This document shows positions 32,718 through 44,179 of a stretch of DNA of 64,000 nucleotides, piece by piece; the first letter of the stretch is position 1, and every line of letters begins with the position of its first letter. Made by a program: the position numbers and the translations under genes. The notes beneath the pieces are model-generated. The model worked only from the letters and a program-made list of their open reading frames with translations. It was not told the DNA's origin and searched no databases. The stretch spans positions 78 through 64,077 of the forward strand of contig CAYFLU010000003.1 in the NCBI GenBank assembly GCA_964343975.1, given 5' to 3'. The stretch is from an uncultured Solibacteraceae bacterium. GTDB lineage: Bacteria; Acidobacteriota; Vicinamibacteria; Vicinamibacterales; SCN-69-37.

Positions 32718-33701
32718 ATGGTTCGTCCTGAGTTGTTCCGGCGGCTGACGATCGCCGCACTGGCCATTGTGTTCCTCGGTACCCTGGCGGTCCCGGCTCA
32801 CGCGCAGCTCACGGCTGTGATGCGCGGTAAGGTCGTGGACGACGCGGGCGTGCCCGTGCCGGACGCCGAGATCAAGTTCGAGTTCCTGGGCGACATCAAC
32901 CGTGAATACACGGGCAAGTCGGACAAGAACGGCAACTTCCTCCGCGCCGGTCTCTCGCCAGGGCCGTGGAAGGTGACGGCGACCAAAGACAAGCTGGTCG
33001 GCGTGGAACCGCGCGTGAACCTGTCGCTCGACGGCGCCACGGTCACCATCAAGCTGGGCGACGCCAAGAAGGCCGCGGCCGCCGGCATGTCGAAGGAAGA
33101 GATCGAGGCCGCCAACAAGAAGCAGGCGCAAATGGAAGCCGACTTCAACGCCGCGAAGACGGCGTTCGATGCGGGCGACTACGACGGCGCGATCGCCGGC
33201 CTGACGAAGGTCACCGTGGCCCTGCCGGGCTGCGCGGCGTGCTTCTCGAGCATCGGCGACGCCTACATGAAGAAGAACGACCTCGACAACGCCGAGAAGT
33301 CCTACCTCAAGGCCGTCGAGATCGACCAGACGAAGGCCGGCCCGTACATGGCGCTCGCCACGCTCTACAACGCCCAGAAGAAGTTCGATCAGGCCGGCAA
33401 GATGAGCGAGAAGGCCAACTCCCTGAGCGAGATGATGGGCGGCGGCGGCAACGCGCAGGCCGTGTACAACCAGGCCGTCATCCTCTGGAACCAGAGCAAG
33501 GCGCAGGAAGCCGAAGCGCAGTTCCTGAAGGCCACGCAGCTCGACCCGAAGATGGCCGACGCGTTCTACTGGCTCGGCATGGCCCGCGTGAATCAGGGCA
33601 AGCTGCCCGACGCCAAGGCGCCGTTCCAGGAATACATGAAGCTCGCCCCGACCGGTCAGTTCGCCGATCAGGTCAAGGCGATGCTCGACGTGATCAAGTA
33701 G
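32718..33701 (+). CDS. Secreted carboxypeptidase-regulatory-like domain plus TPR-repeat protein
   Basis: Signal peptide, then GKVVDDAGVPVPDAEI (CarboxypepD_reg-like), then several TPR units (AxxxYxKAxxxDP pattern). A good GAGGAGG SD precedes the start. Confidence 0.75.
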   Translation: MVRPELFRRLTIAALAIVFLGTLAVPAHAQLTAVMRGKVVDDAGVPVPDAEIKFEFLGDINREYTGKSDKNGNFLRAGLSPGPWKVTATKDKLVGVEPRVNLSLDGATVTIKLGDAKKAAAAGMSKEEIEAANKKQAQMEADFNAAKTAFDAGDYDGAIAGLTKVTVALPGCAACFSSIGDAYMKKNDLDNAEKSYLKAVEIDQTKAGPYMALATLYNAQKKFDQAGKMSEKANSLSEMMGGGGNAQAVYNQAVILWNQSKAQEAEAQFLKATQLDPKMADAFYWLGMARVNQGKLPDAKAPFQEYMKLAPTGQFADQVKAMLDVIK

Positions 33702-33720
33702 GCGCGGACCTCAGGTCCGC

Positions 33721-34431
33721 ATGTCCGTGATCGCAAGTCAGCTCGAAGACGTGCGCCGCCGCATCACCGCGGCGGCGCACGCCGCACACCGCACGCCCAG
33801 CGACATCCGCCTCATCGCCGTCTCAAAGACCTTCCCGGCCGAAGACGTCCTCACCGCCGCAGCCGCCGGCCAGCGCGACTTTGGCGAAAACCGCGTGCAG
33901 GAAGCGCTCACGAAGCTCGACGCCACGCGGACCGCGCCCGGTCTCGGGTGGCATCTCATCGGTCATCTCCAGTCGAACAAAGCCAAGAAGGCCGCGGCGT
34001 CCTTCGCGTGGATTCATTCGATCGACAGCGTCGATCTGATGCAGAAGATCGACGCGGCGGCCGCGGACGCCGGCACCCGGCCACGCGTGCTCATTCAGGT
34101 GGATCTGGCGCACGAAGCAACGAAGTCCGGCGCTGACGTGTCGGACGTGCGCGCCATCGCCGACGCCGCACTGGCCGGCCGTGCCGTCGAGCTCGCCGGC
34201 CTGATGATCGTGCCGCCCATCGTCGACGATCCGAACGACGCCCGGCCGTGGTTCCGCCAACTGCGCGAGCTGCGTGATCGCCTCGTGGCCGAGGGCGTGC
34301 CGGCGGCACACCTGCGTGAGTTGTCGATGGGCATGAGCCACGACTTCGAGGCGGCCATCGCGGAAGGCGCCACGATGGTCCGCGTCGGCTCCGCCATCTT
34401 CGGCCGCCGCACCTACGCGGCGGCGCCGTGA
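33721..34431 (+). CDS. yggS: YggS-family PLP homeostasis protein
   Basis: LIAVSKT (PLP lysine), HLIGHLQSNK, LSMGMSHD. Confidence 0.92.
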   Translation: MSVIASQLEDVRRRITAAAHAAHRTPSDIRLIAVSKTFPAEDVLTAAAAGQRDFGENRVQEALTKLDATRTAPGLGWHLIGHLQSNKAKKAAASFAWIHSIDSVDLMQKIDAAAADAGTRPRVLIQVDLAHEATKSGADVSDVRAIADAALAGRAVELAGLMIVPPIVDDPNDARPWFRQLRELRDRLVAEGVPAAHLRELSMGMSHDFEAAIAEGATMVRVGSAIFGRRTYAAAP

Positions 34432-34733
34432 CCTTACTGCCGAACATCACCGCACGCGCGAGCGGCGTGCGCGTCGACCTGCGCGTCACGCCCCGTGCGT
34501 CGAAAAACGCGATCGACGGCGTACGCGACGGCCGCCTCGTTGTGAAAGTGACGGCGCCGCCCGTCGATGCCGCCGCCAACGAGGCGGTGATCGCGCTCAT
34601 GGCCAACACGTTGGGCGTGCCCAAGCGGCAGATCGCGCTCGTGATGGGAGCCACCGGACGCAGCAAGACGATCGAGGTCAGCGGACTCAGCGAAGCCGAT
34701 CTCCGCGCGCGGCTGCACGATATACTCGCCTGA
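34428..34733 (+). CDS. DUF167 (YggU-like) protein
   Basis: 101 aa, RVTPRASKNAI...VKVTAPPVDAAANEAV. Has a 4-nt overlap with yggS, as in many genomes. Confidence 0.85.
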   Translation: MTLLPNITARASGVRVDLRVTPRASKNAIDGVRDGRLVVKVTAPPVDAAANEAVIALMANTLGVPKRQIALVMGATGRSKTIEVSGLSEADLRARLHDILA

Positions 34734-34745
34734 CACGAGCGTGCC

Positions 34746-36053
34746 ATGACGCCTGCAACGCTTCTCATCGAACATCTCGATCAGCTCTACACCGTCGCCG
34801 GCCCCGGTCCACGCGCGGGCGCGCGACAGAACGACGTCAAGCCCATCAGCGATGGCGCCGTGGCGTGCGACGCGCAAGGCAAGGTGATTGCCGCCGGCAC
34901 GACCGCCGATGTGCGCGAACAGGTCGCCCTCGACGACCGCACGCGCGTGATCGTCGGTCATGGCTACTCGCTCGTGCCGGGCTTCGTCGATCCGCACACA
35001 CACGTGGTCTTCGCCGGCGACCGACGCGACGAATTGCGGCGCCGCCTCGCCGGCGCCACCTACGCGCAGATCGCCGCCGAAGGCGGCGGCATCGTCTCCA
35101 CCGTCGCCGCCACGCGCGCGGCGTCCGAAGACGACATACGTCTCCAAACGGAAGTGCGCCTCTCGGAGATGCTCGCCGCCGGCACGACGACGTGCGAAGC
35201 CAAGAGCGGCTACGGGCTCGACGTCGAGTCTGAGCTCCGCATGCTGCGCGTGATCAACAACCTCAACGGCAAGCAGCCGATCGAGCTCGTGCCGACGTTC
35301 ATGGGCGCGCACGAAGTGCCGTTCGAATATCGCGGACGCCAACGCGAGTACGTGCGCCTCGTCATCGACGAGATGCTGCCGCAGGCCGCCCCGCTCGCCG
35401 AATGGTGCGACGTGTTCTGCGAAACCGGCGTCTTCACGCCGGAGGAATCGCGCGAGATCCTCGAAGCCGGCAAGCGGCTCGGCCTGAAGCCTCGCATCCA
35501 CGCAGACGAGCTCGGCGCCAGCGGCGGCTCGCTGGTCGCGGCCGAGGTCGGCGCGAAGTCGGCCGACCATCTGGTGCACGTGCCGTCCGACGGCATCGCG
35601 GCGATGGCGAAGGCCGGCGTGGTGGCCACGCTGCTGCCCTGCGCCGCGTTCTACCTCAAACTCGGACGATTCGCGCCGGCGCGCGACCTCATCACCGCCG
35701 GCGTGCCGGTGGCCCTCGCCACCGACATCAATCCCGGCGGCGGCTTCTCGCCGTCGATGCCCTTCGTCATGGCGCTCGCCTGCTTCGGCATGGGCCTCAC
35801 CTTCGAGGAAGCGCTCGTCGGCGCCACGATCAACGCCGCGGCCTCCCTCGATCGGCACGATCGCATCGGTTCGCTCGAGCCGGGCAAACAGTTCGACGCG
35901 GTGCTCGTGAACGGCCCCGCCATCAACCTGCTGCGCATCGGCGCGCCGTCCATCACCTCGGTGTTCAAGCGCGGCGCACTCGTCAGCGGCCGCGATTTTT
36001 CAGATGCGCCGGGACACGGCCTCTGGGGAGACGACTTCCATGGCACTCACTGA
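34746..36053 (+). CDS. hutI: Imidazolonepropionase
   Basis: DPHTHVVF metal site, HADELG, and a DINPG-type motif. 435 aa. Confidence 0.92.
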   Translation: MTPATLLIEHLDQLYTVAGPGPRAGARQNDVKPISDGAVACDAQGKVIAAGTTADVREQVALDDRTRVIVGHGYSLVPGFVDPHTHVVFAGDRRDELRRRLAGATYAQIAAEGGGIVSTVAATRAASEDDIRLQTEVRLSEMLAAGTTTCEAKSGYGLDVESELRMLRVINNLNGKQPIELVPTFMGAHEVPFEYRGRQREYVRLVIDEMLPQAAPLAEWCDVFCETGVFTPEESREILEAGKRLGLKPRIHADELGASGGSLVAAEVGAKSADHLVHVPSDGIAAMAKAGVVATLLPCAAFYLKLGRFAPARDLITAGVPVALATDINPGGGFSPSMPFVMALACFGMGLTFEEALVGATINAAASLDRHDRIGSLEPGKQFDAVLVNGPAINLLRIGAPSITSVFKRGALVSGRDFSDAPGHGLWGDDFHGTH

Positions 36054-36612
36054 ACTCACCGTCACGGGCCTCATCGACGCGTTCGCCTCGTCAGCGCCGA
36101 CGCCGGGCGGCGGCAGCGCCGCAGCCATGGCGGGCGCGATGTCGGCGTCACTGCTCCGCATGGTCGCGACGATGACGAAGACGAAGTCGGGCACGGCAGA
36201 CGAGCGCGCGGCGCTCGACGCAGCGGCGGCGGAACTCGGACCTCTGCAGGCGCAGCTCACCAGCCTCATCGACCGCGACGCGGCCGCCTACGACCTCGTC
36301 GTCGCCGCCTTCCGGAAGCCGAAGGTCACCGACGAGGACAAGGCCGCGCGCAAAGCCGCGATCCAGGACGCCACGCGCGTCGCCACCGAGACGCCGCTCG
36401 AGACGATGCAAGCGTGCGCGGCGCTGCTGCGGTTGCAGCCGATCGTCGCCGCCAACGGCAACCCGAATGCCGCGAGCGACGTGTATGTGGCGGGTCTGCT
36501 GGCGAAAGCGGCGCTCGACGGCGCGCGCTCAAATGTGGAAATCAATCTGCCGGGCCTGACCGACCCAGCCATCGCCGCCTCCCTGAAAGCGGCAGCGGAG
36601 GCGTGTAGCTGA
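36040..36612 (+). CDS. Cyclodeaminase/cyclohydrolase family protein (FTCD C-terminal-like)
   Basis: PTPGGGSAAAMAGAMSASL motif. All-helical, 190 aa. I place the start at ATG 36040, which overlaps the hutI end by 14 nt. Confidence 0.8.
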   Translation: MALTELTVTGLIDAFASSAPTPGGGSAAAMAGAMSASLLRMVATMTKTKSGTADERAALDAAAAELGPLQAQLTSLIDRDAAAYDLVVAAFRKPKVTDEDKAARKAAIQDATRVATETPLETMQACAALLRLQPIVAANGNPNAASDVYVAGLLAKAALDGARSNVEINLPGLTDPAIAASLKAAAEACS

Positions 36613-36644
36613 TACGTGATACTTGCAAGTGAGAAGTAAGAAGC

Positions 36645-36759
36645 AGCAAGTTGGAAGTAGAAGTGGAAAGGCAGAAGTCAGAAGGAGGAGTCCCCTACTT
36701 TCGACGTGCCACTTCTGACTTCAACTTCCCTACTTGTGTCTTCTTCCTTCCAACTTGCT
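36645..36759. repeat. Long imperfect hairpin: GA-rich arm / CT-rich arm, in the convergent gap before the lepB stop
   Basis: agcaagttggaag (36645-36657) pairs with cttccaacttgct (36747-36759). agaagtcagaag (36673-36684) pairs with cttctgacttc (36712-36722). The local G+C is visibly lower than the flanks. Confidence 0.7.
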
Positions 36760-37341
36760 ACCGTACGATTTTCCCGATCCGTTCCCAGCGCGTGCCGCCC
36801 ACGACTCCGGCAGACGCGTCGTCAGACACCGAGAAATACAGGAACTCCGCGTTGCCCTTGATGTAGCTCTTCGGCAGGAAGCCCCAGTAGCGGCTGTCCT
36901 CCGAGTTGTCGCGGTTGTCGCCCATGGCGAAGTACTGATCGGCCGGCACCGTCACCGGGCCGTAGTCATCGCGCACGTCCTCGCTCGTCGGCGCGTCCGG
37001 CGCGGGCGGCGGGTTCAGGAAGTGGGCGTAGGGCTCGTCCATCAGCTGGCCGTTGATGTAGAGCTTCTTCTTCTTGAGTTCGATCTTGTCGCCCGGCAGG
37101 CCCATGATGCGCTTCACGAAGTCGCGCTCGGGGTCCTTCGGAAACTTGAACACCATCACGTCGCCGCGTTTGACCGGCGCGAACCGCATCTTGTTCACGA
37201 TCAGGTGATCCCCGACGAGCAGGTTCGGCTCCATGGAGCCGGTCGGGATCTTGAACGCCTGGAACACCCACGTGCGCACGAACAGCGCGAGGATGACCGC
37301 GATCACGAGGGACTCGAAGTATTCCCGAAGGACCGACTTCT

Positions 37342-37345
<4 letters not shown>
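36758..37345 (-). CDS. lepB: Signal peptidase I
   Basis: [10 protein letters not shown] (catalytic Ser), [10 protein letters not shown] (catalytic Lys box), [15 protein letters not shown]. The ATG at 37345 overlaps the lepA stop (ATGA). Confidence 0.9.
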
Positions 37346-39153
<1,808 letters not shown>

Positions 39154-39198
39154 GTACCTGAACGAGCCTTGCTGCCGCTGTCCGGCCGCTGACGCCGG

Positions 39199-40386
39199 CT
39201 ACCGCTGGTCCAGCGGCAGGAACTGCTGCGGATACTGTGGCCCGATGTAGTCCGTGCGCGGACGAATCAGGCGGTTGTTTTTGTACTGCTCGAGCACGTG
39301 CGCGGTCCAGCCCGAGATGCGGCTCACCGCGAAGATCGGCGTGTAGAGATCCACGCTGATCCCGAGCGAATAGAACATCGTCGCCGAGTAGAAGTCGACG
39401 TTGGGATTGAGCTTCTTCTCCGCCTTGACGAGCGCCTCGATGCGCTCCGACATGGCGTACCACTGCGGCTCGCCGGCCTTCTCGCCGAGCGCTTTCGACA
39501 TCCGGCGCAGATGCGTGGCGCGCGGATCTTCCGTGCGATACACGCGGTGGCCGAAGCCCGAGACCTTCTCTTTGCGCGCGAGCTTGCCGTGCACGACCTC
39601 GACCGCCTTCTCGACGCCGGCGTCCTTGCCGATCTCGAGCAGCATCTTCATCACTTCGGCGTTGGCGCCGCCGTGAAGCGGCCCCTTCAGCGCGCCGATC
39701 GCGCCGACGATCGCCGAGTGGATGTCAGTGAGCGTGGCAGCCGACACGCGCGCCGCAAAGGTCGAGGCGTTGAGTTCGTGATCCGCGTGCAGAATCAGCG
39801 ACACGTCGAACGCGCGCGTGGCGAGCGGCGACGGCCGGTTGCCCGTGAGCGTATAGAGGAAGTTCGCCGCATGCCCGAGCGCGGGATCCGGGTCGATCAC
39901 GCCCTGGCCCTGCGACAGGCGCCCCCACGTGGCGACGAGCGAGCCGAGCTGCCCCGTGAGGCGCACGGCCTTGCGGTAGCTCGCCGCGATCGAGTTGTCG
40001 TTTGCGTCGGGATCGTAGTGATGCAGGATCGACGTCAGTGTGCGCAGCGCGTCCATGCCGTCGACCTTCGGGATCGACTTCATCGCGCGGAGGATCGGTT
40101 CCGGCAGGATGCGCGCGGCGGCCAACTGCGTCTGCAGATCGCCGAGCTCGGCACGATTCGGCAGACGCCCGTGCCACAGCAGAAAGCAGACTTCTTCGAA
40201 CGAGGCGCCCCGTTCAGCGTTCGCGAGATCGTGAACGTCGTAGCCTTGGTACGCGAGGACGCCGCGCTCGCCGTCGAGATAGCAGATCGCCGACTCGCCG
40301 GCGACGACGTCTTCTAAACCAGCCTTCGGCTTCGCCTCCGGCTCACCAGCCTTCGGCTTGGCGGCGTCGCCCGTGTTAGCTGACAT
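39199..40386 (-). CDS. gltA: Citrate synthase (small, type I / 2-methylcitrate-synthase-like form)
   Basis: LILHADHELN, GFGHRVYRTEDPR. 395 aa. Confidence 0.92.
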   Translation of the reverse strand: MSANTGDAAKPKAGEPEAKPKAGLEDVVAGESAICYLDGERGVLAYQGYDVHDLANAERGASFEEVCFLLWHGRLPNRAELGDLQTQLAAARILPEPILRAMKSIPKVDGMDALRTLTSILHHYDPDANDNSIAASYRKAVRLTGQLGSLVATWGRLSQGQGVIDPDPALGHAANFLYTLTGNRPSPLATRAFDVSLILHADHELNASTFAARVSAATLTDIHSAIVGAIGALKGPLHGGANAEVMKMLLEIGKDAGVEKAVEVVHGKLARKEKVSGFGHRVYRTEDPRATHLRRMSKALGEKAGEPQWYAMSERIEALVKAEKKLNPNVDFYSATMFYSLGISVDLYTPIFAVSRISGWTAHVLEQYKNNRLIRPRTDYIGPQYPQQFLPLDQR

Positions 40387-41875
40387 GCGCGCGCGCCGGC
40401 GCCGCGTCAGCCACGAACTGCTGATACACCGACGACAGGCCGAGGTAGAGGTAGCCGAACTGGAACAGCATCAGGAACGGCAGCGACCCGAAGATGCCGT
40501 TGTAGAGCGCGTAGATCACGGCCGACGTGAAGTAGAGGCCGAGCGCTGTCTCGATGAGCGGCTGCACCCACTGCGACTGGCGGTACTTCTTCGCCGTCCA
40601 GTCGTCGCCGGTCTTCTTCACGCCGTACTTCGGCGTGCGCTTGAACTCGCTCTGCTGGCCGATCACCGCTTCCGTGACCGCGCGCAGGTTGTTGATCGTG
40701 AGGCCGATGCCCACCGCCATCACGGCCGGCAGGTACTTCAGGCGCTGCTTCCACGTGTCCGGGTAGGCTTCCTTCTGGCTGAACGCGTAGAAGTTCACGA
40801 CCGAGAAGGTCGCGAGAAAGAACGCGGGCAGGTCGATCAGGAGCATCTCGCTCCAGCCCATCTCGTAGCGCACGATCATCGCCGGGAACATCAGCAGCGA
40901 GAGCGCGAGCATCAGCACGTAGTTGAAGTTGGCCGTGAGGTGGAAGAACGCCTCGGCCTTGACCTTGAACGGCAGATCGGCCTGCAGGATCGTCGGCAGG
41001 TTCTTCTTGCACGTCTGGATCGAGCCCTTCGCCCACCGGTGCTGCTGCGACTTGAAGGAGTTCATTTCCACCGGCAGTTCGGCCGGCGCCACGACCTGCG
41101 GCACGAACAGGAACTGCCAGCCGCGCAGCTGCGCGCGGTAGCTCAGGTCGAGGTCTTCCGTCAGCGTGTCGTGCTGCCAGCCGCCGGCATCCGGAATCGC
41201 TTCACGGCGCCACAGCCCCGCCGTGCCGTTGAAGTTGAAGAAGCAGCCCGCGCGGTTGCGGCCGCCGTGTTCGAGCATGAAGTGCCCGTCGAGCATCACG
41301 GCCTGAATGCGCGTGAGCAGCGAGTAGTCGTGATTGATGTGGCCCCAGCGCGCCTGCACGACGGCGAGCTTCGGGTTCACCGTGAAATACGGCACCGTGC
41401 GCTTGAGGAAGTCCGGCGACGGAATGAAGTCGGCGTCGAAGATCGCGATGAAGTCGCCCTTGCAGAGCTTGAGGCCCGCGTCGAGCGCGCCCGCCTTGAA
41501 GCCGGTGCGATCCGTGCGGTGCAGGAACGACACCATGAACCCGCGCTGCTCGAGCCGGCGCGCGGCCAGCTCGGCAATCTGCGTGGTTTCATCCGTCGAG
41601 TCGTCGAGGATCTGAATCTCGAGGCGGTCCTTCGGGTAGTCGAACGCGGCGACCGAGTCGATCAGTCGGTCGACGACGTACATCTCGTTGAAGAACGGCA
41701 GCTGCACCGTGACCATCGGCCACGCATCGTCGGCGACGTGCGGCACAGGGCCCGCGGCGCGATCCTTGTGCTTCGTGTACTCGCGCACGAGGAAGAAGCG
41801 GTGCCACCCGTACATCCCGAGGATGACGAGCACAAAGAAATACCCGAAGAGAATGGCCAGTTGAAAGATCGGCAT
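40376..41875 (-). CDS. Family-2 glycosyltransferase, processive membrane-embedded type (CESA/CslA-like)
   Basis: DDSTDET, FDADF, QQHRWAKG (QxxRW), flanked by TM helices. I place the start at ATG 41875. The 3' end overlaps the gltA start by 11 nt. Confidence 0.85.
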   Translation of the reverse strand: MPIFQLAILFGYFFVLVILGMYGWHRFFLVREYTKHKDRAAGPVPHVADDAWPMVTVQLPFFNEMYVVDRLIDSVAAFDYPKDRLEIQILDDSTDETTQIAELAARRLEQRGFMVSFLHRTDRTGFKAGALDAGLKLCKGDFIAIFDADFIPSPDFLKRTVPYFTVNPKLAVVQARWGHINHDYSLLTRIQAVMLDGHFMLEHGGRNRAGCFFNFNGTAGLWRREAIPDAGGWQHDTLTEDLDLSYRAQLRGWQFLFVPQVVAPAELPVEMNSFKSQQHRWAKGSIQTCKKNLPTILQADLPFKVKAEAFFHLTANFNYVLMLALSLLMFPAMIVRYEMGWSEMLLIDLPAFFLATFSVVNFYAFSQKEAYPDTWKQRLKYLPAVMAVGIGLTINNLRAVTEAVIGQQSEFKRTPKYGVKKTGDDWTAKKYRQSQWVQPLIETALGLYFTSAVIYALYNGIFGSLPFLMLFQFGYLYLGLSSVYQQFVADAAPARAHVS

Positions 41876-41908
41876 AGCTGGGCAGATTGCCTCTAAGTTA
41901 AACAATTC

Positions 41909-41937
41909 ATTGTAGATGGCGGTACGACGGGCGTCAA
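41909..41937 (-). promoter_or_regulatory. Sigma70-type promoter (TTGACG, 17 nt, TACAAT) for the GT2-gltA unit
   Basis: The reverse strand reads TTGACG (41937-41932), a 17-nt spacer, TACAAT (41914-41909). The GT2 ATG lies 33 nt downstream. Confidence 0.5.
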
Positions 41938-42043
41938 TGGACGGGCGCCAGGTTTCGCCGGCGGCTTGGCTCCGATGTCGACGCTCCGCAAAGCGCCCTT
42001 GCGGGACGGGCTCGACGATGAGATCCTTACAGCAGGTAAGGAA

Positions 42044-42289
42044 ATGCCGCTTTCGACACTGACCAGCAAGGGACAACTGACGCTGCCGCAGGCGATTCGA
42101 ACGCTGCTGAACGTCCAGGCGGGCGACACGGTCGATTTCGTCGTCGAGCCTGACGGCACGGTGGCCGTTCGGGCCGGGCGGTCGGATGTCTCGGCCCTAC
42201 GGGGGTTGCTCTTCAAGCCGGGCCGGGAGCCGGTGTCCCTCGAGGCCATGGAAGAGGCCGTGCGGTCGGCGCGGCGCGGCGCCCTGTGA
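42044..42289 (+). CDS. AbrB/SpoVT-fold antitoxin (VapB/MazE-like)
   Basis: MPLSTLTSKGQLTLPQAIRTLLNVQAGDTVDF is a swapped-hairpin AbrB motif. SD aggtaagga precedes the start. 4-nt overlap with the PIN gene. Confidence 0.8.
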   Translation: MPLSTLTSKGQLTLPQAIRTLLNVQAGDTVDFVVEPDGTVAVRAGRSDVSALRGLLFKPGREPVSLEAMEEAVRSARRGAL

Positions 42290-42681
42290 AAGGGCTCGAC
42301 ACCAACGTCCTCGCCCGTTTCATCACGCAGGACGATCCGAAACAATCAGCTCGGGCCGATGCGTTCATCAGCACCATCGTGGCGAGGCGAGACGTCTGCT
42401 TCATCAGCCCGGTCGTGCTCTGCGAACTGACGTGGGTACTGCGCTATGCCTACAAGGTCAACAAGAACGACGTGGTGATGACGATCGACAAGCTGCTGAA
42501 CACGATGCAGTTCGAGATCGGCTCCAGAACAGAAGTGCGACACGCGCTCCACGCCTACCGGGTCGGACGCGCGGATTTCGCCGACTACCTCATCGCCGAG
42601 TTGGCCAAGAGCGAGGGCTGCGACGTGACGGCGACATTCGATCGACGCCTGCGCGAGAACCCCGCGTTCCAAGTGCTCTGA
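42286..42681 (+). CDS. vapC: PIN-domain toxin VapC
   Basis: GLDTNVL (first catalytic Asp), conserved E/D positions, and a C-terminal TFD. 131 aa. Confidence 0.88.
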   Translation: MKGLDTNVLARFITQDDPKQSARADAFISTIVARRDVCFISPVVLCELTWVLRYAYKVNKNDVVMTIDKLLNTMQFEIGSRTEVRHALHAYRVGRADFADYLIAELAKSEGCDVTATFDRRLRENPAFQVL

Positions 42682-43332
<651 letters not shown>

Positions 43333-43334
43333 GG

Positions 43335-44054
43335 CTATGCCTTCCCTGGCCCGGGCGAAGCCGAGGGCCTCGTCATCCGACGCTCGATGCGCTTCTCGTA
43401 CGTGGGCCCTTGCAGAATCCGCTGCACGAAGATGCCCGACGTGTGGATGTGGTCAGGATCGAGCTGGCCCGGCTCGACGAGCTCTTGGACTTCGGCGATC
43501 GTGATCTTCCCCGCCGTCGCCATCATCGGATTGAAGTTGCGCGCCGTGCGGCGATACACGAGGTTGCCGTGCGTGTCGCCCTTCCACGCCTTCACGAACG
43601 CGTAGTCGCCGGTGATCGGCGTCTCGAGCACGTAGCCGTGGCCGTTGATGATGCGCGTTTCCTTGCCGTCGGCCGCGATCGTGCCGTAGCCCGTGCGCGT
43701 GAAGAACCCGGCGATCCCCGCGCCGCCCGCGCGAATGCGCTCGGCGAATGTGCCCTGCGGCACGAGCTCGACCTCGAGTTCTCCGCTGAGGAACTGGCGC
43801 TCGAACTCCTTGTTCTCGCCGACGTAGGTGCCGATCACCTTGCGGATCTGCCGCGAGCCGAGCAGGATGCCCGCGCCGAAGTCGTCAACGCCCGCGTTGT
43901 TGCTGACGAGCGTGAGGCCGCGCGTGCCCTTGCGGTAGAGCGCCTGGATGAGGTTCTCGGGAATGCCGCAGAGGCCAAACCCGCCCATGAGAATGACGGC
44001 GCCGTCCGGAATGTCTGCGACGGCCGCGTCTGCTGAGGCTACGACTTTCTGCAT
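43335..44054 (-). CDS. scoA: 3-oxoacid CoA-transferase subunit A
   Basis: [10 protein letters not shown]. 239 aa. Confidence 0.93.
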   Translation of the reverse strand: MQKVVASADAAVADIPDGAVILMGGFGLCGIPENLIQALYRKGTRGLTLVSNNAGVDDFGAGILLGSRQIRKVIGTYVGENKEFERQFLSGELEVELVPQGTFAERIRAGGAGIAGFFTRTGYGTIAADGKETRIINGHGYVLETPITGDYAFVKAWKGDTHGNLVYRRTARNFNPMMATAGKITIAEVQELVEPGQLDPDHIHTSGIFVQRILQGPTYEKRIERRMTRPSASPGPGKA

Positions 44055-44179
44055 CGCAGGGTTAGCCTACCGCGCCTCGGCCCGGGCCACCCATACCGAG
44101 TTTCGAGTAGGTCCTGCCCGCCGGCGGCGTCGCCACGTGCGATAATTTCCCTTCGCCCTCCCGATCCCGGGCCCGTCCC

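Noticed and set aside
36651-36866. 71-aa plus-strand ORF starting in the GA-rich hairpin.
   Set aside because: It begins inside the repeat element and runs antisense into lepB. It has no SD and implausible composition.
41966-42043. Longer form of the AbrB-type antitoxin starting at 41966 (107 aa).
   Set aside because: The extra 26 residues have no SD and non-antitoxin-like composition. ATG 42044 has an aggtaagga SD and yields the canonical MPLSTLTSKGQLTLP N-terminus.
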